Positions 19,443-29,260 of a stretch of DNA of 64,000 nt are shown piece after piece. The notes beneath the pieces were generated by a model that worked only from the letters and a program-made list of their open reading frames with translations, had not been told where the DNA came from and made no database searches. A program made the translations under genes and the position numbers. Positions within the stretch are counted from its first letter, which is position 1. Each line of letters opens with the position of its first letter. This DNA is from Candidatus Bathyarchaeota archaeon (lineage in GTDB: Archaea > Thermoproteota > Bathyarchaeia > TCS64): assembly GCA_963771885.1 (NCBI GenBank), contig CAVYVF010000002.1, positions 1 through 64,000 of the forward strand, given 5' to 3'.

Positions 19443-20258
19443 CTACGGGCGCCTGAAGGCGCCGAAGTAGAGGACGGCGACGCCGATCAGGGCCACTATC
19501 ACGCCGCCTACGAACATGCCCCCGCCCATCCAGCCTAGGAAGCCGACGCGCGCACCCACCTGGGCGTCCACGTCAACCACCGCTGAGCCGTCCGCGTTCA
19601 TGACGACGACCCAGTACTCACCCGTGGTCGGAGTCCACGTCACGGTCTGCGTGCCTGATCCAGCTGCCTGCGCTACCCAGAAGGCCTGGGTCGCTGGGAG
19701 GGCCGAGGGTGCGCCTCCTGGGATCGTCTGGTAGGTGGGCGTGCCCATGCCGCCGGGGGAGTTGGGAACCCACTCATATGATACAAGCTTGTCGATGTTG
19801 ACGCCGTTGAGGTAGCCCTGCGCGTACTGCTGCGTGGCGATGCCGATGAAGACTGGCTTGCCGGTGTTGGATGTTGCCGATATCTTGATTGACACGATGT
19901 CCCTCGCGGCGGGGTTCATCATCCAGCCGCCTCCCATGTGAATGTCTATATCGCTCTGGACTATAGCGTAGCTCGCAACGTTCAAGCGGGTCGTCCCCGT
20001 CGTCATGTAGCCGGCGTCGTCGGCTATGGCTGTCTGCGTCCACAGTATCGCGCCGCCCCCCATCAGGAGGCCGAACGCGACGAGCAGCATGAATCCACCG
20101 AATACGATCGCTAAGATGCGGCCAGCACTAGAGCCGGGGTCCCGGCGGTAGACGACTCCGCCGCCCGTGGCCTTAGCCGCGGCGATGGGCGTCCCACACT
20201 TGGGGCAGAAGACGGCGTCTTCAGAATGCTCCGCACCACACTTTGCACAGAATGGCAT
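19443..20258 (-). CDS. Zinc-ribbon membrane protein
   Basis: FCAKCG...FCPKCG, two TM helices, YWVVVMNADGS. Confidence 0.85.
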   Translation of the reverse strand: MPFCAKCGAEHSEDAVFCPKCGTPIAAAKATGGGVVYRRDPGSSAGRILAIVFGGFMLLVAFGLLMGGGAILWTQTAIADDAGYMTTGTTRLNVASYAIVQSDIDIHMGGGWMMNPAARDIVSIKISATSNTGKPVFIGIATQQYAQGYLNGVNIDKLVSYEWVPNSPGGMGTPTYQTIPGGAPSALPATQAFWVAQAAGSGTQTVTWTPTTGEYWVVVMNADGSAVVDVDAQVGARVGFLGWMGGGMFVGGVIVALIGVAVLYFGAFRRP

Positions 20259-20410
20259 ACAGGTTCTCCGATCCGGTAAAACGATGCCTTGCTCTTAAAC
20301 GAATCTAGTAGAGCCATCGACCCGGGATCCGACTGCAGGGAGCGTGTCCAGTCCGTCGGCTATAGAGTCACCCTAACCGTTTTATCCCGTCGAGCCCAAT
20401 TCAACTAAAC

Positions 20411-21025
20411 GTGCCCGCCGAAAAAGTGTTCTGCGAATACCTGACGTGGGAAAGGTTCCTCAAGATATCCGAGAAGACCGCCGACAAGATCAACGCGTCT
20501 GGGTTCCACCCTGACTTCATAGTGAGCCTCGCCCGCGGCGGCTGGGTCTTCGGCAGGGTCCTCTGCGACTACCTCAACGTGACGGAGCTGCTCAGCCTAA
20601 AGGTCGTCCACTGGGGCATGACGGCGACCCCCGACGGCGAAGCCAAGATAAGATACCCCTTCGACGTCGACCTCACCGGGAAGAAGGTGCTCGTCGTAGA
20701 CGACATCTCAGACACGGGCAAGAGCCTGAAGGTGGCCACCGAGTTCCTCACTAAGATGAACCCCGCCGAGGTCAAAACCACGACCCTCTTCTACCTCACG
20801 GGAAGCAGCTTCAAGCCCGACTTCTACGGCGAGGAGATGACGTGGCGCTGGGTCGTATTCCCATGGAACTGGGTGGAGGACATGTGCAACCTCGTCGCCA
20901 AAGTGCTCGAGGAGGAGGACACACCCTCATCGGTACAGGCGAAGATGAGGGAGACCTTCAAACTCAACGTCTCCCGCGAAGGAGTCATCAAGATTCTGAA
21001 AGAGATGAGGCGTAGAAAGAGCTAG
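20411..21025 (+). CDS. Purine phosphoribosyltransferase family
   Basis: LARGG, VLVVDDISDTGKSL, WVVFPW. Confidence 0.92.
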   Translation: MPAEKVFCEYLTWERFLKISEKTADKINASGFHPDFIVSLARGGWVFGRVLCDYLNVTELLSLKVVHWGMTATPDGEAKIRYPFDVDLTGKKVLVVDDISDTGKSLKVATEFLTKMNPAEVKTTTLFYLTGSSFKPDFYGEEMTWRWVVFPWNWVEDMCNLVAKVLEEEDTPSSVQAKMRETFKLNVSREGVIKILKEMRRRKS

Positions 21026-21026
21026 G

Positions 21027-21329
21027 CTACTCGTCGTCCTCTTCGTCTTCCTCGTCGACGTCGACCACTTCACCCTCCTCCGCCGCCTTCGCCTTTGCCG
21101 CTGCTGCGGCGGCCTTCTCCTCCTCTGTGGTCGGACGGTAAATTCGCGAACCATCTGCTCCGCGATGCGACGTTATAGCTCCCCCCTCGAATAAGCTGCG
21201 TAGGAGCCGGAAGACCTTCTTCTCCTTCAGCTCCATGGCCGCGGCCAGGGCGGCAAGGCTCATGGGCTTGACTTCTAGCTGCTTCAGGGCATCCTTCTTG
21301 AGTTTAGCGGTCGACATCTCTACACCCAT
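21027..21329 (-). CDS. Small wHTH-like protein with Ala-rich linker and acidic tail
   Basis: PMSLAALAAAMELKEKKVFRLLRSL; tail AAAAAAKAKAAEE...DEEDEEDDE. Confidence 0.65.
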   Translation of the reverse strand: MGVEMSTAKLKKDALKQLEVKPMSLAALAAAMELKEKKVFRLLRSLFEGGAITSHRGADGSRIYRPTTEEEKAAAAAAKAKAAEEGEVVDVDEEDEEDDE

Positions 21330-21419
21330 ATGAGTGGTCTACGTTAAAGAATCTGACGCCGACGGGGGATGGGTTAAATATGGACTCGATTTCATGTTTG
21401 GTATCATCGGTGAACCCCC

Positions 21420-22604
21420 TTGAAGAGGAGTGACATCAGCACAGTCGCCGTGACCACGAGCCACGGCGTCATGCACGCCTACCTCGTTATCCTCCCCGCC
21501 CTCATGCCGCTAATGGCGACTGAGCTCGGCGGCCTCGCCCTGCTTGCCTACATCGCGAGCATCGGCAACGCCCTCTACGGCTGGGGCAGCTTCCCAGTCG
21601 GCTTCCTCGCCGACGTCCTCTCACGCAAGCGGCTCATCATGCTCAGCATGATCGTCTGCGGGCTATCCTCAATACTCGTAGGCTTCTCAGGCAACGTCTA
21701 CGTAACTGCCGCTGGGATAATCCTCATCAGCATAGGCGCGAGCCTCTACCACCCGCCGGGCTACGCCCACATGTCCCTCCTCAGCGTCGAGATGAGGGGG
21801 CGATTCATGGGAATCCAGGGCCTCGGCGGCGACATGGGAATGGCCGTCGCCTACATCACCTCCGCCGCCCTAGGCGTCTCCATAGGGTGGAGGTACACAT
21901 TCGTCCTCTGGGGAATAATCGGCATACTCATGGCGGCAGGCGACCTCCTCCTCGTCGACGACATACCCGCCGAGCCCGAGGACAAGTCCCGCCCACGCAG
22001 CGGCTACTTCGCCACCGTCAAGAAGATGTTCACAACCGACCAGCGCACCAACCTCATACTCGTGCTGCTCGTCGTCATGCTGAGCGGCGGCCTCTGGACA
22101 GGAGTCAGCCAGTGGATCCTCACATACATCAACACGACGAAGGGCGTCAGCCTCATCATCGCGGGCGGCCTGAGCACGATCCAGTACACGGTAGGCGCCT
22201 TCGCTCAGATCGTCGGCGGCGAACTCAGCGACAGAATCGGCAGGAAGAAGATACTCATAGCGGGCTTCGGGGCATTCGCCGTAGCACTCGTCGCGATGGT
22301 CATGGCTCCAGGCGAGCTAATCGTGCTCCTCATCCTCGTCGCCGCCCTCGGCTTCACCTTCTACGTAACCCAGGCACCCATCACGGCGCTCCTCGCCGAC
22401 ATCACGCCGAAGAACACAGTCGGCGTCACCTACGGAATCAACTTCACAGTCAAGTACGGCATAGGCGCCGTGCTGCCCTTCGCCGCGGCATGGCTGTCGA
22501 GCAACTACGGCCTAGACTCCGTCTTCTACTTCTTCGCCGCACTCAGCGCAGCCGCGCTCCTCATAATCCTCCCCCTCAAGGAGAGGGAGAGGAAGAAGAA
22601 GTAA
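21420..22604 (+). CDS. MFS transporter
   Basis: GFLADVLSRK, YHPPG, GELSDRIGRKK; about 12 TM helices. Confidence 0.93.
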   Translation: MKRSDISTVAVTTSHGVMHAYLVILPALMPLMATELGGLALLAYIASIGNALYGWGSFPVGFLADVLSRKRLIMLSMIVCGLSSILVGFSGNVYVTAAGIILISIGASLYHPPGYAHMSLLSVEMRGRFMGIQGLGGDMGMAVAYITSAALGVSIGWRYTFVLWGIIGILMAAGDLLLVDDIPAEPEDKSRPRSGYFATVKKMFTTDQRTNLILVLLVVMLSGGLWTGVSQWILTYINTTKGVSLIIAGGLSTIQYTVGAFAQIVGGELSDRIGRKKILIAGFGAFAVALVAMVMAPGELIVLLILVAALGFTFYVTQAPITALLADITPKNTVGVTYGINFTVKYGIGAVLPFAAAWLSSNYGLDSVFYFFAALSAAALLIILPLKERERKKK

Positions 22605-23327
22605 CTATAATCTCTCAGCGATTTCTCTAACCTGGGCGTAGAACCCGGTCTTCCTCAACACATCGGGATCGCCAATAGCGGCCTCAACCGAGGCATCTAT
22701 GTCAACGACGCCCACATATTTTGAGCCGACCTTTCCCGTCTCCGCCTCGATGTAACCCCTCTGCGGCATAGCCATGTTCTCCACGACGCCGATGGTAGGC
22801 ACGCTCTGCTCCTTGAGCAGGACGAGGAGCTTCCGAACGGACTCGTAAGCTAATCGGCTGGGTGTAGTGACGACGAGGAACTCAATCCGGGGGATTAGCC
22901 GTATCATATCCAGCGTTGCGTCCCCGATGCCCGGGGGCATATCGATGACGAGGTAGTCGAGTGTCTCCCACCGCGTGATGGCGAGCAGCTCAACTATCGC
23001 GTTACTCGCGTCGGCACCGCGGAGCGGTACAGGCTCGTCTGTACTGTAGTGGACTATGCTCATGTAGTGGAGTCCATGAGCCAGCGGGGGCGTGATGCCC
23101 TTCTCCTCCTCCGGATAGAGCCCCTCGACGCCGAGTATCACATGCGTACTCGGGCTGGTGAAGTCGAGGTCGAGAAGCCCCACCTGCTTCCCCGCCTCGC
23201 GGAGGGCGAGTGCGAGGGCTACAGCAAGCATGCTCTTCCCTACGCCGCCTTTGCCGCTGCTCACGGCAATTATCCGCTTAACACCGTCAAACCTGCCCGG
23301 TATGATGGCGAGGCGGGGGTCACTCAC
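22605..23327 (-). CDS. Mrp/NBP35-family ATPase (possible Mrp-type HypB)
   Basis: SGKGGVGKS, LDLD, DMPPGIGD, VENM; coupled to hypA. Confidence 0.9.
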   Translation of the reverse strand: MSDPRLAIIPGRFDGVKRIIAVSSGKGGVGKSMLAVALALALREAGKQVGLLDLDFTSPSTHVILGVEGLYPEEEKGITPPLAHGLHYMSIVHYSTDEPVPLRGADASNAIVELLAITRWETLDYLVIDMPPGIGDATLDMIRLIPRIEFLVVTTPSRLAYESVRKLLVLLKEQSVPTIGVVENMAMPQRGYIEAETGKVGSKYVGVVDIDASVEAAIGDPDVLRKTGFYAQVREIAERL

Positions 23328-23728
23328 TCCTTCTTCCTCCCCTTAATACTGGCGAGCCACACACCTCGCCCCTCAGCGACCTCGAAGTCGGGGCTACCGC
23401 AGCCAGGGCACTTGAGATAGACGTGCGCCATCTCGGGGACGAAGTGGATCGCCTCCCCCGTCTCCTTGTCAAGCTTCTCCTTCTCCAGACCCCACTCTCG
23501 GCTGCAGACGCGGCACCTAAACTTGGCGGGGATCGCCTCAATGACAAACTTGGCGCCCTTGAGCCGAATGGTCCGAAGCTGGTCGAGGGCAAACTCAATT
23601 ATCTCGTGCTCTATCGACTGAAGCTCACCGACCATTACCTTGACCTCGGTGACATCGTCGATGCCATGGTCCTCCGCGAATTTATCCGCGGTCTTCACTA
23701 TTCCCTCGGCTAAGGCCCACTCGTGCAT
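23324..23728 (-). CDS. hypA: Hydrogenase maturation nickel metallochaperone
   Basis: MHE N-terminus, CRVC and CPGC. Confidence 0.95.
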   Translation of the reverse strand: MHEWALAEGIVKTADKFAEDHGIDDVTEVKVMVGELQSIEHEIIEFALDQLRTIRLKGAKFVIEAIPAKFRCRVCSREWGLEKEKLDKETGEAIHFVPEMAHVYLKCPGCGSPDFEVAEGRGVWLASIKGRKKE

Positions 23729-23900
23729 AACTGATGGGAAAACCGGGGCGCCTAATAAGATTCACCCCCGGGCATTACATATTACTATTAAATTTCCTCG
23801 TAATACTCTATTATCCTGTTCTGCCAAGCATCCTTAACGGGTGGATAGATTTAAGAACGGTTTCCGTCCAGTCTTTAGGATTCATCCCCGGTGTCTTGTC

Positions 23901-24572
23901 ATGAAGTACGAGGTCGAGAAGCTCGCAGAAAAGATACAGGATAAGGCACTTAGGGAGAAGGTCGTCGATCTGCTGAGGGATCCGAGGCTCGACCTCGACT
24001 CTCCGCGGCTCCCCGTCGAGGAGTGCCCGGCTGGCGCCTACCAGCACCACAGCTACTGCGGCGGGCTCCTCCAGCACACGATCGGGGTAACAAAGCTGAG
24101 TCTGACACTCTGCGACCTCGTCGAAGGCGTCTACGGTGGCAAGGTCGACAGGGACGCCGTCATAGCCGGCTCCCTCATACACGACGTGATGAAGGTCTAC
24201 ACCTACGAGCCCCGGGGCGATGGCAGCTACATGACCTCCCCCCTCGGTGAAAAGATCGACCACCTCACGCTGCTCGTGGCGGAGCTCTACAAGCGGGGCT
24301 TTCCCGTCGACGTAGTTCACATCGCGGCAAGTCACCACGGTGACGTGAGCCCCGTCAAACCCAAGACCATGGAGGCACTAATAGTCAGCATCGCCGACCT
24401 CGCCGACTCGGAGCTCAGCAGGAAGACTCTACGCGCCGCCGAGTACCTCCTCCGCCAGATGGGGGAGAGCCAGCCAAAGCTAGGCTCCAGTAAGGAGGCG
24501 CTCGACCTCATCCAAGCGAAGAACCGCGAAGGCTGGGAAGGCGTCAGGAAACTGAACGGCGGGAAGAGCTGA
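23901..24572 (+). CDS. HD-domain hydrolase (YhaM-like)
   Basis: HHSYCGGLLQHT, LIHDVMK, ASHHG, ADLAD. Confidence 0.88.
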   Translation: MKYEVEKLAEKIQDKALREKVVDLLRDPRLDLDSPRLPVEECPAGAYQHHSYCGGLLQHTIGVTKLSLTLCDLVEGVYGGKVDRDAVIAGSLIHDVMKVYTYEPRGDGSYMTSPLGEKIDHLTLLVAELYKRGFPVDVVHIAASHHGDVSPVKPKTMEALIVSIADLADSELSRKTLRAAEYLLRQMGESQPKLGSSKEALDLIQAKNREGWEGVRKLNGGKS

Positions 24573-24658
24573 CCATTTTTCGGGTATCGCATATACTCGA
24601 TGCACCGCCTCTGCGAACCTCTAAATATCGACGCCGCCGAGACATCGGCAGAGGACGC

Positions 24659-25684
24659 ATGATAAGAGTCGCCGTCATCGGCTTCGGGACCGTCGGCAGC
24701 AGCTTCGCCAAGGTCCTGCACGAGAAGAGAAAGATGCTCAAGGATCGCTACGGGCTCGACTGCGAGTTAGTCGCGGTCAGCGACATAAACAGGGGCTCCG
24801 TCTACGACCCGAAGGGTCTAGACATCGGAGAGCTCCTCCGCCTAGTCAAGGAATCGAACAAGATCGACGGATACAAGGGCGGGACGAAGGGCATGGACAG
24901 CCTCCGCACAATCAGGGAGACGAACGCAGACGTCGTCGTCGAGGCGGCGTGGACAAACCTCGAGACAGGGGAGCCCGGCCTCACCCACATCAAAGAGGCG
25001 TTAAAGGCGAAGAAGCACGTCATCACGAGCAACAAGGGGCCAATCGCCCTCGCCTACCCCGAGCTGAAAAAGCTCGCCGACGACAACGGCGTCCAGATAC
25101 GCTTCGAGTGCACCGTGATGAGCGGAACGCCAACCATCATGCTCGGCATCGACGGCCTCGCGGGGCACGTCGTCAACGGCTTCCGCGGCATCCTAAACGG
25201 GACGACGAACTACATCCTCACAAACATGGAGAAGGGCGGCGCCTACGCCGACATCCTCAAAGAGGCGCAGAAACTGGGCTACGCCGAGGTCGAGCCCTCC
25301 GGCGACGTAGAGGGCTGGGACGCCGTCGGGAAGACGGTGATACTCGCCAACAGCGTCATGGGCGCCAAACTCAAGGTCGCCGACGTCGAGCGCGAGGGCA
25401 TAACCAAGATCGCCCCAAAGGACATCGAGGCAGCGAAGAAGCAGGGAAAGCGCATCAAGCTCATCGCCCACGCGTGGCGCGAAGGCTCAAAGGTCAAAGC
25501 GAAGGTCTCCCCGGAACTCGTAGACCTCACCGACCCACTCGCAAGCGTCTCGGGCACAACGAACGCCCTAACCTTCGAGACAGACGGCCTCGGCCCCGTC
25601 ACAATCATAGGGAAAGGCGCAGGAGGCGTTGAGACGGGCCACGGAGTCCTCAGCGACCTCCTAGCCATACACAGGTCGCTCTAG
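24659..25684 (+). CDS. hom: Homoserine dehydrogenase
   Basis: GFGTVG, HVITSNKGP, GILNGTTNYIL, AQKLGYAE..P.GDVEGWD. Confidence 0.96.
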   Translation: MIRVAVIGFGTVGSSFAKVLHEKRKMLKDRYGLDCELVAVSDINRGSVYDPKGLDIGELLRLVKESNKIDGYKGGTKGMDSLRTIRETNADVVVEAAWTNLETGEPGLTHIKEALKAKKHVITSNKGPIALAYPELKKLADDNGVQIRFECTVMSGTPTIMLGIDGLAGHVVNGFRGILNGTTNYILTNMEKGGAYADILKEAQKLGYAEVEPSGDVEGWDAVGKTVILANSVMGAKLKVADVEREGITKIAPKDIEAAKKQGKRIKLIAHAWREGSKVKAKVSPELVDLTDPLASVSGTTNALTFETDGLGPVTIIGKGAGGVETGHGVLSDLLAIHRSL

Positions 25685-25694
25685 GTGACACGCG

Positions 25695-26567
25695 TTGGGC
25701 GCCGGGCAGAGGATAACCTTCGACTCCTCCGGCCTCGACGCCGCATCAACCTACATCAAGGATAGGACCCCCGCGAATCTGCGCGCCATCGCCGAGAGCC
25801 CCGGGGGTGACTTCGCCTACAGGCACTACCGCTGGTCGAACATGGACACGCGGACCTCCGCCGAGGAGTTCTGGGCCGCCAGGCTCGCCAAGGCGGACGA
25901 GTCCACGATACGAAACGCCGCCGAGGTAAGGGACTACCTCCTCGCGCAGGACAGGGGGCGCTGGCTTCCCGGCGTCCTCGACTACCTCCCCGAGGAGCAC
26001 AGGTTCGACGCCACCGTCTACCTCAATCTCGGCTACGACAACGTCGCCCTCGGCGGGAACGTGGCGATGAACCTCGGCCACGCGCCGTTCCACGCGGACC
26101 GCCGCGAGGCTGTCTACTACCTCATGCACGAGCTCGCCCACGCCGGCTACTTCGCATACCACGACATGCCAGACCTGAAGGCGCCGGCGACGTGGGGTGA
26201 ACTAGCGGCGAACGTGAGATTCCTCACCCACCTCGAGGGAATGGGCGTCATCACGCCTCTCCAGCTCAGGGCAGAGGAGGGCGGGCTCGGCGACCCCGAC
26301 TACATCGCCCTCGCCGACCCCGCCGAGAGGCAGCGCAGAGTACGCACCTACTTCACGAAGCTTGAACGCCTCGAAAGCTCCCCCGATAGGAAAGTTGCCG
26401 ATGGCGACCTCGGCATCTACGGTGAGTTCAGCGAGAAGCCGACGCGCCTCTGGTACATTGCCGGGTGCCACATGGCGCAGTCGATAGAAGCGGAGCGGGG
26501 GAGGAACTCGCTACGCGAGCTCGTACGCATGGGATGCGACGAGTTCTTCCACGCCTACCCCCAGTGA
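25695..26567 (+). CDS. Putative Zn-dependent protease (DUF5700-like)
   Basis: HELAH (HExxH) followed by LEGMG. Confidence 0.7.
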   Translation: MGAGQRITFDSSGLDAASTYIKDRTPANLRAIAESPGGDFAYRHYRWSNMDTRTSAEEFWAARLAKADESTIRNAAEVRDYLLAQDRGRWLPGVLDYLPEEHRFDATVYLNLGYDNVALGGNVAMNLGHAPFHADRREAVYYLMHELAHAGYFAYHDMPDLKAPATWGELAANVRFLTHLEGMGVITPLQLRAEEGGLGDPDYIALADPAERQRRVRTYFTKLERLESSPDRKVADGDLGIYGEFSEKPTRLWYIAGCHMAQSIEAERGRNSLRELVRMGCDEFFHAYPQ

Positions 26568-26624
26568 CCCCATCAGCACCTCACGGGGAAAGCTAATATT
26601 GTGCCTCCCATGGTTCATCTCTGG

Positions 26625-26709
26625 GCAGAGGTGCCAGAGCGGTTATTGGGCTAGTCTCGAAAACTAGTGGCCTTGAGCCTCAAGGGTTCGAATCCCTTCC
26701 TCTGCGCCA
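26625..26709 (+). tRNA. tRNA-Ser (anticodon CGA), no intron, encoded CCA
   Basis: Acceptor GCAGAGG/CCTCTGC, anticodon arm CTAGT-CTCGAAA-ACTAG, long variable arm, GGTTCGAATCC T-loop. Confidence 0.96.
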
Positions 26710-26716
26710 CATCTGA

Positions 26717-26851
26717 ACCCTATGCATCTTAGGGTTTGAGGAATATCTGAAGGGCAGAAGGCTCAAAGAATCAACGATAGAATCCAAAGTTAAACTTGTC
26801 AAACATCTAAACGCCAAGTTCAACCTCTGGGATTCTGACGCGCGCACGTAA
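26717..26851 (+). pseudogene. Probable N-terminal stub of a tyrosine integrase
   Basis: FEEYLKGRRLKESTIESKVKLVKHL..KFNLWD directly after the tRNA resembles the integrase core-binding N-terminus; ends at CG run 26839-26845. Confidence 0.55.
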
Positions 26852-26924
26852 AATCGAATTAGATTTCTTATGTTAGATGAAGCTAACCGGAAAGAGTCTT
26901 TAGCATTAGATGTTTATGAATTGA

Positions 26925-27110
26925 TTAATCGTTGCCGAGCCCTGATTTACTCCTCAATATCATAAAGATGAATCCACTTAGCAAGACGAGAAACGAAATC
27001 AACGTAAGCATCGACTGGTTTGTAGCCATACCTATGTATAACAAAATCACTCCGAAAATGGTCAACACAACTATCGTCAACTGTGTTGGTACCCGCGAAA
27101 GGTCAACCAT
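26925..27110 (-). CDS. Small two-TM membrane protein
   Basis: 61 aa, two hydrophobic helices, promoter-like repeat upstream. Confidence 0.55.
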   Translation of the reverse strand: MVDLSRVPTQLTIVVLTIFGVILLYIGMATNQSMLTLISFLVLLSGFIFMILRSKSGLGND

Positions 27111-27115
27111 GGTGA

Positions 27116-27147
27116 AGTATCAGGTGGAAGTGAGGATAAGGCTATTG
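27116..27147. repeat. 32-bp repeat copy 1 (promoter-like on the minus strand)
   Basis: 31/32 identical to 27923-27954; 28/32 to the reverse complement of 9742-9773. Confidence 0.9.
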
Positions 27148-27907
27148 AGACTTACAGAATCGGGTAACGACATCACAGAACAGCTCTGGGGCACTCAGAG
27201 GAAAGCCATGATCAGACCCAGGAGCAACAAACAGCTCAGCGCCTCGAATAGATCTGAAAAATCTTAACCGCCTCCTCAACCGGAGCCAAATCATCACGGT
27301 CACCAGCCATCACGAGCGTCGGGACAACGACGCTCCAAAATCAGACAACTTGTAGCTCAGCGGGGAGAACCACATGTAACTGAGCTGATGGAACAGAGTC
27401 TTCCAATAATCCGAACCCGGAGCATGCACACTCTTCAACCACTCAACGTAGCCTGTGGAGTTGTTCGCGACGGTGACGTCAGTGTCTACCTCACCCGGCC
27501 CCTTGAACCCCAGGCGGCCCACTGCTTCCAAGTAGGATTTCGTATCGGTTGAAGACGCCGCCGATAACCAGCGTTTGAATTTGCCGGGGGTAGTTCATAG
27601 CCAGCTCCAGCGCGGCTTGGCCTCCGTCGCTATATCCGCATAGATGCGGCTTATCGTATCCTTTGACCGTGATGAAGGAGGATATGTCCTCCGCCATTGC
27701 TTTGTAGCTGAATTGTTTGTAAGGGTTGTCTGTTTTTCCGTGTCCTCGTAGGTCGGGTGTGACGACTTTGAAGTGTTTCTGGAGTAGGGGTATGTGTTGG
27801 CTCCACATTATCTGTGAGACGGTTCCGCCGTGTAGCAGTATGAGGGGTTTTCCTTGCCCGTGTTCCTCGTAGTAGATGTTGAGTCCGTTAGCCTTCACAT
27901 GTGGCAA
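27142..27907 (-). CDS. Alpha/beta hydrolase (several frameshifts)
   Basis: LILLHGG, DLRGHG, GYSDGG nucleophile, PTLVMAGDRDD and APGSDH in downstream frames. Confidence 0.85.
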
Positions 27908-27922
27908 GATGGTTCACGATTC

Positions 27923-27954
27923 AGTATCAGGTGGAAGTGAGGATAAGACTATTG
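27923..27954. repeat. 32-bp repeat copy 2
   Basis: AGTATCAGGTGGAAGTGAGGATAAGACTATTG. Confidence 0.9.
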
Positions 27955-27970
27955 TACGATTGATTGAGAA

Positions 27971-28240
27971 TTAAAACTCGTGACTTCTCCGATAAACCCC
28001 CTCAGACACCCAATCCCCACGAATAATCGACAACTGGTGCGTATCCTGATACACCCCGTGAAGAAACACCTTCCTCCTCTCAACACCCTCATGAATCAAA
28101 GCCGCACTCTCAAGCACCTTCACCGAAGCAACATTCTCAACAACCACCGTAGCCCACAAACGCTCAACCGGAGTAGCGTCAAACAAGTGATTCACAAGAA
28201 GCCTAGCAGCCTGAGTCGCCACCCTCTTACCCGCGCGCGC
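27971..28240 (-). pseudogene. 5'-truncated RimJ/RimL-type GNAT acetyltransferase
   Basis: GKRVATQAARLL...NVASVKVLE...HEGVER; N-terminal half absent; similarity starts at CG run 28232-28240. Confidence 0.8.
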
Positions 28241-28312
28241 AAAGGTGATTCTCAACAGACGAGAAACACCTAATCTCTAACCCTTACTCACCCAAAGCTG
28301 ATCCTAATGCCA

Positions 28313-29260
28313 TCAATGTACGCCTGGTTTGCCCAATCTACCCGCCTTGAAATCCACCGTGAACCAGCCATTAACCAGGTAATCCGTATAAAATGAGTAA
28401 CTATACGTACCGGCCTCAAACGCTGTAAACTCCCTCGACACCGAAGTCACGTTTTCAAACGAGTAAATTACAGACCCGAGCACCCTATTGTTCTCGGACG
28501 GCTTCCCCCCGACCGACGCATACACCTTCAGGCTGAAGGGCTGAGTTGACTCAGCTGAAAACCTGATAGAGTCGCCTCCGCCGAGAGCCACCCTGTAATA
28601 AGATGTCGAGTTCAGGTACTCCGATGAGGTCACGGAGAAATGATTCGTATCGAAATTGGTGCTGGTTCCATAACCTCCTAGACTCGTAAGCCTTCCTCCG
28701 TTGATTTTCCACCACTCCACGAAGAATGGCAGATACATGCGATTTTGGATGACGATCTGATCCGCCTCTACACACTGAAAGGTACCATTCAGCCTACCCA
28801 CGGTGAATGCGTTCCCAGTTACCGTGACCCTGAGCTGGCTAGTATAGGCGCCGTAAACATCCCAGTTTGAGAGTTCCCCGAGGTCGAGCTCGAAGCTGGG
28901 CGGCGACAAGCCATAGTTCTCCCAGATAGTCCCGTTATACTTTTGGCTGAAAAGGTAGAACGGTGTGGCGGTCTCGTTGCCCGCCACCGCCATGTACTCA
29001 CCCAACGAGAATAGTGACTTTCCGTTGGCTGCTTCTTCTGAGACGTATTGTCTTGCTGGGAAAGGCCTCTGGGTGAGGTAGCCTGTTATGTTTACGGGGC
29101 CGTTTACGTAGGTTTGTTGGAAGGGGGTTGCTGGACGGTCTGGGCTTGTTAATGCAAGAAATAGTAGTACGAAGTATATGGTGAACGTCGCTGCATATGC
29201 CAGATGCGTGGATTTTATCTTCAAGGTGGATACGTTTTCACGGGAGGCATCGGCTCCCAT
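28313..29260 (-). CDS. Membrane-anchored extracellular hypothetical protein
   Basis: N-terminal TM, S/T/G/Y-rich beta-type body, several NxS/T sequons. Confidence 0.7.
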   Translation of the reverse strand: MGADASRENVSTLKIKSTHLAYAATFTIYFVLLFLALTSPDRPATPFQQTYVNGPVNITGYLTQRPFPARQYVSEEAANGKSLFSLGEYMAVAGNETATPFYLFSQKYNGTIWENYGLSPPSFELDLGELSNWDVYGAYTSQLRVTVTGNAFTVGRLNGTFQCVEADQIVIQNRMYLPFFVEWWKINGGRLTSLGGYGTSTNFDTNHFSVTSSEYLNSTSYYRVALGGGDSIRFSAESTQPFSLKVYASVGGKPSENNRVLGSVIYSFENVTSVSREFTAFEAGTYSYSFYTDYLVNGWFTVDFKAGRLGKPGVH

